The notes beneath the pieces are model-generated. The model made no database searches. It was not told where the DNA came from and worked only from the letters and a program-made list of their open reading frames with translations. This document shows positions 23,166-34,173 of a DNA stretch of 64,000 nucleotides, one piece after another. The position numbers and the translations under genes were made by a program. Position 1 is the first letter of the stretch; the number at the start of each line of letters is the position of its first letter. Source of the stretch: Podarcis pityusensis (lineage: Eukaryota); NCBI GenBank assembly GCA_964106645.2, contig OZ067041.1. One strand, written 5' to 3'.

Positions 23166-24265
23166 CTTAACGTATTGAGACAAAAATAGAGAGCTTCAGA
23201 AAGTTAACAAGCAACGATGTAACAGAAAGCTAAACGATCAGCCCCCATGACTGACTGACATACAATAAGGTTGTGGCATTTTTCTGCTTGGAAACAGAAA
23301 GTGGCAGCATTCTTGCTTGGCTTAGTAAATAGCAATTGGATATTTTACAAAAGTTAACTGAAATTCACTTTTTAGGAGTCAAAATGTCTGCAATATGTGT
23401 TTTAATCTGTGACATCTTCTGAGTAAAAAAGGTTTTAAGATGTACCATGCACTCGCAATGATGTTTTCAGTATAGGGTCTGGACTAACATTAAAGTTAGG
23501 CTGCAGTATGGTTTATTTTTTTATTTTTTAAAAAAAACTTGGCTAAGACTTTTTCACAAATCCCAATGCTACAAGCAAGGCGAAAAATAAGATGACTTCT
23601 TCCCTTGTCTCATTTTGTGGCCCTCTCCACTGCAGAGAACAAGAGTTGAAAACTAGGAAAGCTCTAAGGAATGGAGTGGCAGAACTGTTCAGAGAAGCTA
23701 GAAAATGTTGAAAAAATGCTGAAAACAGGAGTACTAATTAATGACTAATCCAAGTGTTATATAGCGTTGTCCTCAGTTATTACCAAAAAAGCAAGATGTT
23801 GGTCCTGTCTCAGAATATGAACATTTTGCCACCTAAAATTAAGAGAGCATATAAAGTGAACAGGAAAAACTATGTTTGCTAGCTATTTGTACAGATGAAT
23901 TTAAGAATACTTGACTGGACTAAATAGATTAAAGTCACAAGAGGAACAAGTGCTTGCAACAGTTCAATGTGACATAAATACTGAAGTTCCAATAACCCTT
24001 TTTCAGACATACGTTAAGTGCTAGTAAACAAAGTACCATTCATTTTGCAAATATAACCCTTCCCCAACTTCTTTACACTATAGGTCAGACTGCGGTCCTG
24101 TAGACGATGCTAAGACTACAAGCTCCATCTTCCTGGTCAATGGGAAGGATGAAAGTAGTACTCCAAAACATCTGGAGAACATCTGGCTTGGGAAGGTGGC
24201 TTTAGACTAAGAAACCCTGAAGCCCGCAAAACCTCTAAATGAAGTTTTGCATGCCATTTGCTTAC

Positions 24266-24378
24266 CTGAGCAGTGGTTACGGAGCATAAAACTTCTCCGC
24301 GGAATGCACTCATAATCTTAGCAAATGCAGAAATTACACCTGGCGTGTTTTTCAAGCGACCATTTTCAGCAAGCAAAT
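24266..24378 (-). CDS. ATP5PO: ATP5PO exon 5: (N)[37 protein letters not shown]
   Basis: caag| ... |gtaagc; 113 nt; LLAENGRL motif. Confidence 0.96.
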
Positions 24379-24576
24379 CTTGGGAAAAGATTGAGCAGGT
24401 GTTACATTATGTACATTCAAACTGTACTAAAAGGGTAATGAAACAGTGCCAAATTACAAAGAAAATCTTCCAGTCTAAACTGTGTTTACAATATTACAGT
24501 ACTATTATTTGAAGCCCATTTGTCAAGCTCAACCCACTTTATTGTGTTCATCCACAGAGAGACTGCTACTACTTAC

Positions 24577-24706
24577 TGATAAAGTTGACAGTGACAGGTG
24601 ACATTTTCTCTTTAGCTAAAATTTCATTCACGGTCTTTTGCTTTACTGCACTCTTTACGTGAGGATTCATGACAATGACAGATAATTTAGGGTCCTTCAG
24701 AAGTGT
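24577..24706 (-). CDS. ATP5PO: ATP5PO exon 4: TLLKDPKLSVIVMNPHVKSAVKQKTVNEILAKEKMSPVTVNFI
   Basis: tccag| ... |gtaagt; 130 nt. Confidence 0.95.
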
Positions 24707-24950
24707 CTGGATTTGGAACAAGAAAAGCATCTCTTGGTCAAAATCAGATTTGCTTCTAGTCAGAGCAACATAACTATAATGGAACATAAAGGTATTTAAG
24801 TTGCCCTTTTAACTAAATATAACAAACCACAGAGAAAAGACTTTTGCCCTAACAAGGAAACAGCATAAGTAAAAAAAGGACTTGCATCAGCATCTTCAGT
24901 GGAAATGGATGCTAAGTGGTGTGCAATAGGACTATATAAAATCACATTAC

Positions 24951-25061
24951 CAGAACTCGAGTCAGCTCTTTCTCAACCTGGTCCAACTTCTTCTGCTTAG
25001 AAGCAGCAGAGTAGAGCGCAGTGGCATATCGACCTTCCAGCCCAAATACTTGAATTGGTGG
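24951..25061 (-). CDS. ATP5PO: ATP5PO exon 3: [37 protein letters not shown]
   Basis: ctgaag| ... |gtaatg; 111 nt; [11 protein letters not shown] motif. Confidence 0.97.
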
Positions 25062-25997
25062 CTTCAGAGGGGGGAAAATACAAGGTATAAAAATTAATGC
25101 ACAAGACAAAACTATTTCAATTTATTCTCAATGATCCATTGCCTAGCAAGCATACTCATTCCTCAATGTCCCCTTTTTGTGGGGAGTGGGGTTCTCTCTT
25201 AAGTTAATTTCAATTTTTTTGGTGTATTTCTGTAAACTTCTGAGTTCTCCCAGGGATGGCAATACTTTCCTCTTGTACATCAGTGGTGCTGTTTTAGCTA
25301 CATAAAGATTGGCACCCCACCCTGCCAGCACTGCTAATAGAGTGACAGGTGTAATACCAGATTTTTTTTATAAAAAAAAAATTCCCATAGTCCGTTGCTG
25401 TGTTTTAACAAAACAAAAATGCATAATTAGGAACTCTTAATATTAAGGCATAACTAATTTGTGTTAAGTATTTGCCAATTTGTACTCTTGCTTAAGAACG
25501 TAAGAGAAATCCAGCAAATGAAAGCAAGATTCATCCAAACCCCCAGCCTTCCCAGAAATCCCAGAAACTGACAGGTGCTAGCTGATCCACTGGAAATTGG
25601 TCAGTAAGACAATGCAGAGGCATAAGATGGTTCATTAAACACACTACACAGCAGCTGCAGCCACAGACCCTAAGAGCTGATTTTCAATTGTGACTGGCCA
25701 CATTATAAAGCTTGCGTCTATCATATTGAGGTTAGATTCTACATGATTGCTAGCTATAATTGACACTAGTTTAAGTGGCACACAAGGCCCTGCATTCTGC
25801 AATCTAGATATATTTATCTAGAACCCTGATCTTTAATTGGAAGTAAATCACCCTAACTGCAATTGAGCCTCTTTCCTGGTAAACATTTTCAGGTTCTTAT
25901 CAGGTTGCTCCTGTACACTTGCCACCTGCAACAATATCCACCTGCAACTTGGTGCAATTAATCTGCACAGTTTTGTAAAATAAATAAACAAACTTAC

Positions 25998-26048
25998 CTG
26001 TATCAGTTTTGATGCTGGCCTGATTAGGGAGGTGCTGAAGTGGCGCAC
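25998..26048 (-). CDS. ATP5PO: ATP5PO exon 2: VRHFSTSLIRPASKLIQ (mitochondrial presequence end)
   Basis: tgtag| ... |gtaagt; 51 nt. Confidence 0.95.
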
Positions 26049-26089
26049 CTACAGTACGAAAAAGTTGTCATTTACATTATATTATTTTA

Positions 26090-26574
26090 AAAAGCAGTGA
26101 AATTCAACATTAGTCATAAATGGATGTTTTTATTTAAATTTATGTTTTTATTTAAATTGGATTTTTAAAAGAAAATGCTTTTGGAGGAAAAATCTTTCTA
26201 AATACAGTTTTCTATTTAAGTTACATTATAGTCCAAAGGCTATTAATCAGGAAATAAGGATTTGTTTTAAGTTTTTCATGTGTGGTGAAACTCCTTCTAA
26301 GGTTGTTTTAAAAAACTGTTTAACCACGTGAGTTAACAAACATGGATACATATGCTATAATGTTATTGTTTTAGTTACATAAATTGTTTAAATTGTTACT
26401 AAGGAAATTATTATTTTTCTCCTTCCAGTAAAGAACTGTACAGCAGAAAAGTTGTCCAAATATAAACAGTTAACTTATTAAACCTCACAATAATTTCATA
26501 ATTATCTGTTTAGGTATTTCTAATAGTACAGTATAACCAAATCAGTAATTTTTGATGTAACTGTAAAAACTACT
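26090..26574. mobile_element. Very AT-rich segment, possibly a DNA-transposon (hAT-like) fragment
   Basis: Sharp compositional shift and repeated TTTTTATTTAAAT motifs; no termini or TSD found. Confidence 0.3.
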
Positions 26575-27100
26575 CAGGTTCCCTCCCTGCGAGAAGTGAG
26601 GTTACAGGGAACCAGGCAGAGGGCCTTCTCGGTAGTGGTGCCCGCCCTGTGGAATGCCCTCCAATCAGATGTCAAAGGAATACAGTCATACCTCAGGTTG
26701 AAGTTGCTTCAGGTTGAGCATTTTCAGGTTGTGCTCTGCAGCGAGCCGGAAGTAATGGAATGCGTTCCTTCTGGGTTTCGTCGCTCACGCATGCGTAGAC
26801 ACTCAAAATGACGTCACGCCCATGCGCAGAAGCGGCAAATCACGACCCGCGCAGACGTGGGTTGCGTTCACTTCAGGATGTGAACGGGGCTCCGGAACGG
26901 ATCCCATTCGCATCCAGAGATACCACTGTAAACAACTATCTGACATTTAGAAGACATCTGAAGGCAGCCCTGTTTAGGGAAGCTTTTTAATGACTGATGC
27001 TTTAAGGTATTTTTAATCGCCTGTTGGAAGCCGCCCAGAGTGGCTGGGGAAACTCAGCCAGATGGGCAGGGTATAAATAATAAATTATTATTATTATTAG
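26575..27100 (+). mobile_element. L2-type LINE 3' end interrupted by a MITE
   Basis: Collinear with the uninterrupted copy at 51250-51600; ends GGGTATAAATAATAAA(TTA)n. Confidence 0.8.
26683..26928. mobile_element. Tc1/mariner (Tigger-like) MITE nested in L2
   Basis: TA|CAGTCATACCTC...GAGATACCACTG|TA; the L2 sequence resumes after the second TA. Confidence 0.8.
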
Positions 27101-27117
27101 TAGTAGTAATAATAAAT

Positions 27118-27148
<31 letters not shown>
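27085..27148. repeat. (TTA)n/(TAG)n compound microsatellite
   Basis: Directly visible; adjoins the L2 tail. Confidence 0.9.
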
Positions 27149-27149
<1 letters not shown>

Positions 27150-27483
27150 CTGCTCTAGATAGGCCAATGGTTTGACTCAGTCAGGCCCCTTCCTAGGTTC
27201 CAGTGGCAGGAGGACGCAGCAGAGGAGCCTGGCTTGCTGAGATTCCTTCCTTAGCTCTGGCATCAAGGGAAGCCCAGGCTGCAGACAGGCACTCACACAG
27301 CAGCCCCGGAAACCCTCCAAGTCCTCTTGGGGCCCCTTGGGTTTAAGACTTTCCCCTCTCCTCCTCTTCCTCCTTCTCCCAAAGCCTCCAGGCTTCAGTC
27401 TCGGAAGCCAAGTGAGGGATCCTCAGGTAAGAGACCTGCCCCCAGCAGAACCCCCTCTTTCTTCCCAAGGCGTCGTTGCTCAC

Positions 27484-27522
27484 CTTCTGAGCCAACCCTG
27501 CAGCAGCAGCAGCAGCAGCCAT
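27484..27522 (-). CDS. ATP5PO: ATP5PO exon 1 CDS: MAAAAAAAGLAQK
   Basis: Kozak aagATGG; donor |gtgagc; the seven exons total 645 nt = 214 aa + stop. Confidence 0.93.
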
Positions 27523-27800
27523 CTTCTCCTCCTGTAGGTCAAGCCGGGCCCTTTCCCGTCCTCGAGGCGAGAGGAGCGCAGGCGCAAGGTCTCGACTCTG
27601 GGCACGCAGGCGCAAGGCTTTCTGGGAATCGTAGTTTCTGTAGAACTAGCCGCCCGAGTGGGCGGGGCGGAAAGAGGCAAGGCGGAAGACCTTAAGTTTG
27701 CGTGGAGGGCGGCACGTGCGAGTTTGGGATGCGAGAAGGAACATTATTTTTTTCTTGGGATCGTAAGGTTCCGGGGAATGCAGCTTCGTGTTCCGAGTAC
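27523..27800 (-). promoter_or_regulatory. ATP5PO: CpG-rich ATP5PO promoter/5'UTR
   Basis: NRF1-type GCGCAGGCGCA at 27576-27586 and ACGCAGGCGCA at 27604-27614; ZNF143 site (rc ACTACGATTCCCAGAAAGC) at ~27617-27635; GC box at 27660-27668; GCGGAAG ETS-like at 27682-27688; CACGTG at 27713-27718; YY1-type AAGATGGC over the ATG. Confidence 0.8.
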
Positions 27801-27897
27801 TGTATCCTGCTTTGCAAACTGCCGAGAGAAGAAAGTGTGCTTAAAGGAAGCAAGGCAAAAGTTTTGTGTGTTTTTTTAATGCATAAGCGTAATTTAC

Positions 27898-28021
27898 ACC
27901 TTAGGGAAGTTTTTAATGACTGATATTTTAATGTATTTTTATTCTTTTGTTGGAAGCCGCCCAGAGTGGCTGGGGAAACCCAGCCAGATGGGCGGGGTAT
28001 AAATAATAATAATAATAATAA
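27898..28021 (+). mobile_element. Short L2-type 3' end
   Basis: TTAGGGAAG...GGAAGCCGCCCAGAGTGGCTGGGGAAAC...GGTATAAAT(AAT)n; same family as 26575-27100. Confidence 0.8.
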
Positions 28022-28565
28022 GCTACCCTGAATTTATTACGTGCCTTTTTTGAAGCGGAGTTAAATGCTTATTACGCATGAAGGCATACACGTTGCGGTC
28101 GTACTTAATATTAGCACGCTCGTTTCTCAAACGTGTTGTAAGTTTTCATTTTGTTTATCAGGTGACTGGTAAGATCCTCTCTGTGTTGCCAACCTGGTTT
28201 CTTTTAACCATTATTTTTCTCACTGGTGTGACTCCTGTTTTCAGCAAATAATAGCTTTTTGCTTGCCAAAACTGCCAGGCCCCTTTTTTCATCTAAGTTA
28301 TGGCACCTGCTTTCCAGTCCTAAAGCTTAAATCATCCTGGGCCTGAGTGAACGCATGTTGTAGAGTGTTATATCGCTAGTCAGAGTAACATCTTGTCTAC
28401 ACATGCATCAGAATCAAGTGGCAATGCGGTTGCAAAATATTGAGTGGATGGCATAATGGACTCATATGCCAAGATGGTCTGTAAGTGATGCTAATTTCAC
28501 AAAATGCTTACATTTGGTTTAATCCTTTTAAAAGTGCCTTTATCTGTCCTGGATCAATACCTATA

Positions 28566-28807
28566 CAGTGGTACCTCAGGTTAAGTACTTAATTCGTTCT
28601 GGAGGTCCATATTTAACCTGAAACTGTTCTTAACCTGAAGCACCACTTTAGCTAATGGGGCCTCCCATTGCCGCCGCGCCGCCGGAGCACGATTTCTGTT
28701 CTCATCCTGAAGCAAAGTTCTTAACCTGAAGCACTATTTCTGGGTTAACTGAGTCTGTAACCTGAAGCGTATGTAACCTGAAGCGTATGTTACCCGAGGT
28801 ACCACTG
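28566..28807. mobile_element. Tc1/mariner (Tigger-like) MITE
   Basis: TA|CAGTGGTACCTCAGGTT...CCGAGGTACCACTG|TA. Confidence 0.9.
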
Positions 28808-29949
28808 TAGTTCAAACCACTTTTTTTAGTACTGTTTTCTGTAAACTTCATGATCTCTCTCACACACACGCACAACCAATTTGCTTTCTTAAGAATGTTG
28901 TATTGTGGTGTCAGTAATTCCTAAATTGGAATTCCTAAACCTATACAATTCCTTCTCCATAGTGAATAATATTATGATTATACAAGCAGTTACCTACTGA
29001 AAGTTATAGTGAGTGGAGGGGTTGTAGTACGGGTTGGAAAATGATTCTCTCTTCCTTTGTGACACCATCCCTTGCCCCACTCCCTCATGCATTCACAGAG
29101 TTTCTTAACCCAACACCTGCTGCCCCCATAGCTACCAGCCCATTTAACCTGATAAAGCAGAGCATCCTAGTCTTTGTTAGAAAAGACTTTGTTTTTGTTG
29201 TTTGAATGATCAGTTATGCTTTTGTTACTAGATTTTAATATAGCTTTGTTGTTTCATTGCAAGCCATCATGGAGTCTTGTTAATTAAATGACCAGGTGAA
29301 AAATAAGTAACTAGCAGCTTCAGCATTTAACAAGCACTGACATTCTGTTGGGAAGGCTTTGCTTAAGAAGGAAAGCCAAGTGCTTTAGGAATAACAGAAT
29401 AGTATGTGACGGATTTTGTGGGTGGAGGGTGCAAGAGTCAATGACAACGTGAGTAATTATCCTTCCATGCCATCCTAATGTAACCAGCATCCCTCTTCAC
29501 CCCCAGCTAGCAATATATAAACATTGTGTTCCATATACATGTGTATCAGACATGTATTTGTTATGAAACAACTTAGGAGTGGCAGAGGTGGGCTGTTTTG
29601 CCTTAATTCTGGTCTGAGGTCTGCATTTCTTCAAATTGCATGGTGTAAATTGTGCAGGAGATACTTTGAACACTAGATGTTGCTCTTGTTACAGATTGAG
29701 AGGCCTGATAACTAGCAGAGCCATATTTGGAGATGACATTACTGTAATACCTTAGCCTTGATGTAAATGCAGGGGGAGTGGCGAATAATTTAGGGCCTCT
29801 CCGCTATAGGTAGCAGCTAGCATGTTGGACATTAGTCGTTCTATCCATCACTTCCCCTCTCATCTATGTAGCAGCTTTAAGTAGAGAGGCAAGAAGAGAT
29901 CGAAGTTAGTGTGTGACCCATGAGAGAAATTGAAGCTTCTTTATACTAA

Positions 29950-30095
29950 TGGGAAGGGCTGTGGCTCAGTGGTAGAGCACATGTTTTGCATTTAGAAGTT
30001 GCCAGGTTCAATCCCTGGTATCTCCAGGTAGAGCTGAGGATGTGAGATGGAATGTTGGTCTCACATAGTAGAGAGCAGCTTTTCTATGTTCCTAT
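29950..30095 (+). mobile_element. tRNA-derived SINE (Squam3-like)
   Basis: A box TGGCTCAGTGG, B box GGTTCAATCCC, 3' end GCAGCTTTTCTATGTTCCTA. Confidence 0.7.
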
Positions 30096-30698
30096 GAACC
30101 TTCTCACATGCTGAAACAATGCACAAGTGGTTGCGGGGCCACAGAGGGTAGCCCTGACCCCTGCTGGCCATGTGCTCAGAGACTCTGAGGAGGAGTTCTA
30201 AATGTGTACCGAATCAATGTACACATGTAGAGCTTCCTCCACAAAAGAAATCCCTTGCATGAAGAGTTCTGTGCACATATATTCCTATATGCATAGGCCC
30301 CTTGTGTGCCAGCAGGGAGGAGGGTCTGGTTCACATCTTGGTGGCCTGGAGGGCATGGTTGCCAGGCACCCCTGTAGTCCCCCTTGACATGTGTGGGGTG
30401 TAAGTCTGAGACTCCTACTCCATCAGACCATGGGTCCACCTACCTCAGTACTGTCTCCAAGGTCTTGGTCAGGGCCCTTTCCCAACTGTACTAAGATTGA
30501 ACCTGCAACTTTCTGCTAAAAGCATATCCTCTGTAGCCAGTACCTGAATAAGGAAGTAATGCATGGTTGTGAGGCCTACTTGTTTTCCGTCTTCCTTTAG
30601 CATGCTTGCCCTCAGCTTCCTGCTTCTCTTTCCCATCTTCCAAATGGTTTTAGACAGCAGGAAGGGACAGATTGTTGGCCAAGAATAAAGGAAGATTG

Positions 30699-30835
30699 CA
30701 GTGCTATTTTACTAGAAAAAGAGGTGCCGGAACTCACCACGAACACCTCCCTTGTTCTCTTACAATGGCAATGGCGCCCACCTGAGAGGGACCGGAACTG
30801 AGTTCCGGCACGTTTTGACTGGAAAAAAAGCCCTG
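30699..30835. mobile_element. hAT-like MITE
   Basis: Imperfect TIRs CAGTGCTATTTT / AAAAAAAGCCCTG and internal GCCGGAACT inverted motifs; TSD not preserved. Confidence 0.5.
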
Positions 30836-30892
30836 CTTTGATAGTATGTGCTAACTTTTGTCAGGCACATGCTACCACACAGGGAGCCATAA

Positions 30893-30935
30893 AAAGGTAA
30901 AGGTAAAGGACCCCTGACAGTTAAGTCCAGTCGCG
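30893..30935 (-). mobile_element. Sauria SINE 3' fragment
   Basis: AAAGGTAAAGGTAAAGGGACCCCTGAC...GTCCAGTCGCG. Confidence 0.75.
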
Positions 30936-33900
30936 AGGAGCTAATCCTGATCCCTGTAGGCAGATTAGAATTAACAGTTTAGAATTAGCAGTGGTTTGGT
31001 CCAACAACATCTGAAAGGCCAAAGGGTCCCCCTCCCCTTGTTCTAGTGCCATAAAGGCCCAGCTTACTGTTGTTCATTTTAGCTCATGTAACAAGGCCTG
31101 ATCAGAAGATTTTTACTGGGATGAGGATTTATACAGGATTAGTTGTCTCTCGGGGGTGTTTTGGTCCTAGGCTGTGAAGGGTGTTAGGGACAGACTAGAC
31201 ATGCCAGTAGCAGTTATGTTTGTTGTTCATGTATCTGTATTACTCATGTGTAAAGCAAGAGGAAGGAGTAACCCAAACATTTAACATCAAAGAAGTATGA
31301 ATGTGTAGCTAGGGTTTGGGCCTTATATATTGCTTATATTTCACATATGTGTTGGAAACAGGACTTTCTTATCATTGCCAGAGGAAAAAATGCATACTAA
31401 AACAAGTCCTGTCTCCCTGTCCAGACAAATACTTTATTTCCTTAAGGCAGATGTGCATTGGGGCACTTAAAGATAATGTTTGTTGAATGTAGTGTAAGTT
31501 GCATTTAATGGTTTTGCCGGCAATGTCCAAGCAGCTTGTATGAAGCTGAAAGCTAGGACAGCACAATATTCATCATTTTTCTGGTGAATTTGAACAGCCT
31601 ACTCACACGCAGAGGGAAACTTGGCTCATATTAAATCTAGTAAGTTGAAAATTCTGTTCCCCCTCATTTGACCTGAATGCTCTCAGACTTCTAAGGCGTA
31701 AATATTTTTAACAAATCCCATGGTCATTTGGCTTCAGAAATAAAGCCTTTTTGTTTAAGATGAGCATCAACATTTTGGATATTTGTGGCTGATCTAGTAA
31801 CATTTAGTAGAGCAGCCACCAAGTAAGTCTGGCAGCTTGAACATTTTGGGCAAGGGAGCAAGTAGCCTCTGTTGTGATTATAATCAAATGGGATTTGAAG
31901 CATGACCCTTGATGTATTTAGTGTTCTTATTGGGTGCAGGCATTAAAACATTCTTGTACAACCTTTTCTCATGTGTACCCAGGAAATAGCCAGTGCCAAG
32001 CTTCTCCAGCAACAGGATGGGGTGTAACATAGCAGCTGTCAATTATTTAATTAGATAAGTTGTTTTGGGTGGTGTTAAGTGTTTGGACTGAAATGTTGAT
32101 GTTTAGGAAGGGGCCTGTTTACGGCTCCTCTGTATAGCACAGAATATTTGCTAGTTTGGGGAAATATTTAGAAATGTTGACTAACTAGGGAAATCTTCAA
32201 AACTTGGCATATCAGAATGCTACTGTTGAGCTTTGGCTGCCATAATTGTGGAATGACATAATAATAACTAATAATAAGCTTTAAAAACACAGCAATATTA
32301 AACATTAAAATGTTGTCGATACCCTTGCTGTTGCACAAGAAGCAGCAGTGAAACACAGACCTATTTTACATTGTGTTTCTTGATCAGTGGACAATATCCC
32401 TTTCCCATAACTCAAACAAATGTTTCATTAAATGCAAATACAGAGTTATGAAAATTAAAGTACTGAAACGCTATGCAGTGCTTTTGCATTTCTGTCCTTT
32501 GCAGTACAGTCTTAGTGAACAGTCCAGTTAAATCCAGTACACATGTATCAGACATGTACCAGCACTTGGTCTAGGCCATAATCTTGAAGAGCATTCCAGT
32601 GCACATATATTTTTTTCCTGAAAGGGAAACTCTCAGAGACTTCCCCTGCAGAACCTCCCAGCTACAATTTAACTTTCCTTGTGCTCCATAAATAGTTGGG
32701 GAGGATGGTATGAGATTTTTAAGGGGAACCTCAGAATGAAAAGATAGTGCATGCTATCTAACCCTTTAAAACATTGCCACTCTAAATCCCTAGATGTCTT
32801 TTTCAGAACAGGGAAGTTTAAAGAGTTGTTGGTGATGACTGTGGTGGCAACTTCTGAGAATTTTTTTCTCAGAAAAATGTGGGTGGATATGCAGAACTAC
32901 GTTTGAGATCCTAGCTGAGATATGGGTTCAAGAATCTTTCCGCCTGTAGAAATGCAGCGATGATAACCATATAAATAATATTTGTGAAGTGTTTTAGATC
33001 AATTATGTGTGGTGTTTTTATTTTGTTCTGTTTGCAACTGCTTTTGCCTTAGCAGTTTCAGTTTCTTTTTATTAAAAGGGGGTAGAGAACTGCTAGCCCT
33101 TGAGTCACATCTGGCCCACAGTACATTCCTCTCTGACCTGTGACTTCGCCCTCACTTTTTTCACGGGAACTAAGTAACCAGCCAATCAAAGAAGAGATGG
33201 AACAATCTGTCTCTCTTCCTGCAGGTTGCTGAGCAGGGAGGCAAAGGAGCCTCTTTCAGCTTGACCAGCTCTTAAACTAAACAAGCTGCAGGAAGAGGAA
33301 CAGAGCAGTCTGTCCCTTCTCTGGCAGCCCCTTATGTTCCTGTACTAGGTGGGAAGGAATAAAAGTCTTTCCCCCCCCACTGGCTCTCTTATCCTCCCGT
33401 GGATGTAATTCGTAGACAGAATGTGGGTGAGTGAGACCTACCTGGCTTAATGTGGAAGAAGCTGTTGTGGAAGTGGAGGGCGGGGGATGATTGACAAAAT
33501 CAATCTTCCTGGCAAACTGGAAATATCCCCTCACTCACCCAAGTTTAGGATATTCTATCATTCTTCAGCAGAGTTTTTTTCTTTGAGAAAAAGAAGTGGC
33601 TCAAGTAAATGTAAACTAAGCTTTAATAATAAAGAAAACTGTAACAAAATAACATAATGAGAGAAAAGTAAATACAACAACATGAGGCAAGAAACAAGAA
33701 GAGGCACTTGGTCCCCCTTAACTGACATTCTTTACTGAACACACACTGAAGGGATGGGCTGATTCCAGAGCAAAACACATAAGCCCCGCCCACCAGATAC
33801 CATGCACTCTACTATTCAAATTAGGCCCCAGTGTTTTTCTTACAGAAGTACAGCCTAAATAGCTAATTGCTTGCAGTCTTCTAACCACAGAGGCATGATG

Positions 33901-33945
33901 GATGGGTATAATTACACAGGACCTCTGATAATGGGCAAACAAATA

Positions 33946-34173
33946 TAGTGGTACCTCGGGTTACAGACGCTTCAGATTAAAGGCGCTTCAGGTTACAGAC
34001 TCTGCTAACCCAGAAATAGTACCTCAGGTTAAGAATTTTGCTTCAGGATGAGAACAGAAATTGCGTGGCGGCAGGAGGCCCAATTAGCTAAAGTGGTACC
34101 TCAGGTTAAGAGCAGTTTCAGGTTAAGAACAGACCTCCAGAACGAATTAAGTTCTTAACCCGAGGTACCACTG
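33946..34173. mobile_element. Tc1/mariner (Tigger-like) MITE, reverse orientation
   Basis: TA|TAGTGGTACCTCGGGTT...AACCCGAGGTACCACTG|TA. Confidence 0.88.

Noticed and set aside
27327-27695. 122-aa + strand ORF with poly-Q over ATP5PO exon 1
   Set aside because: Antisense reading of the (GCT)n Ala tract in a GC-rich island; non-ATG start
29950-30030. tRNA-like sequence (also at 545, 2309 and 56754)
   Set aside because: A/B boxes are present but the acceptor stem is not intact, and each continues into a SINE body; these are SINE heads, not tRNA genes
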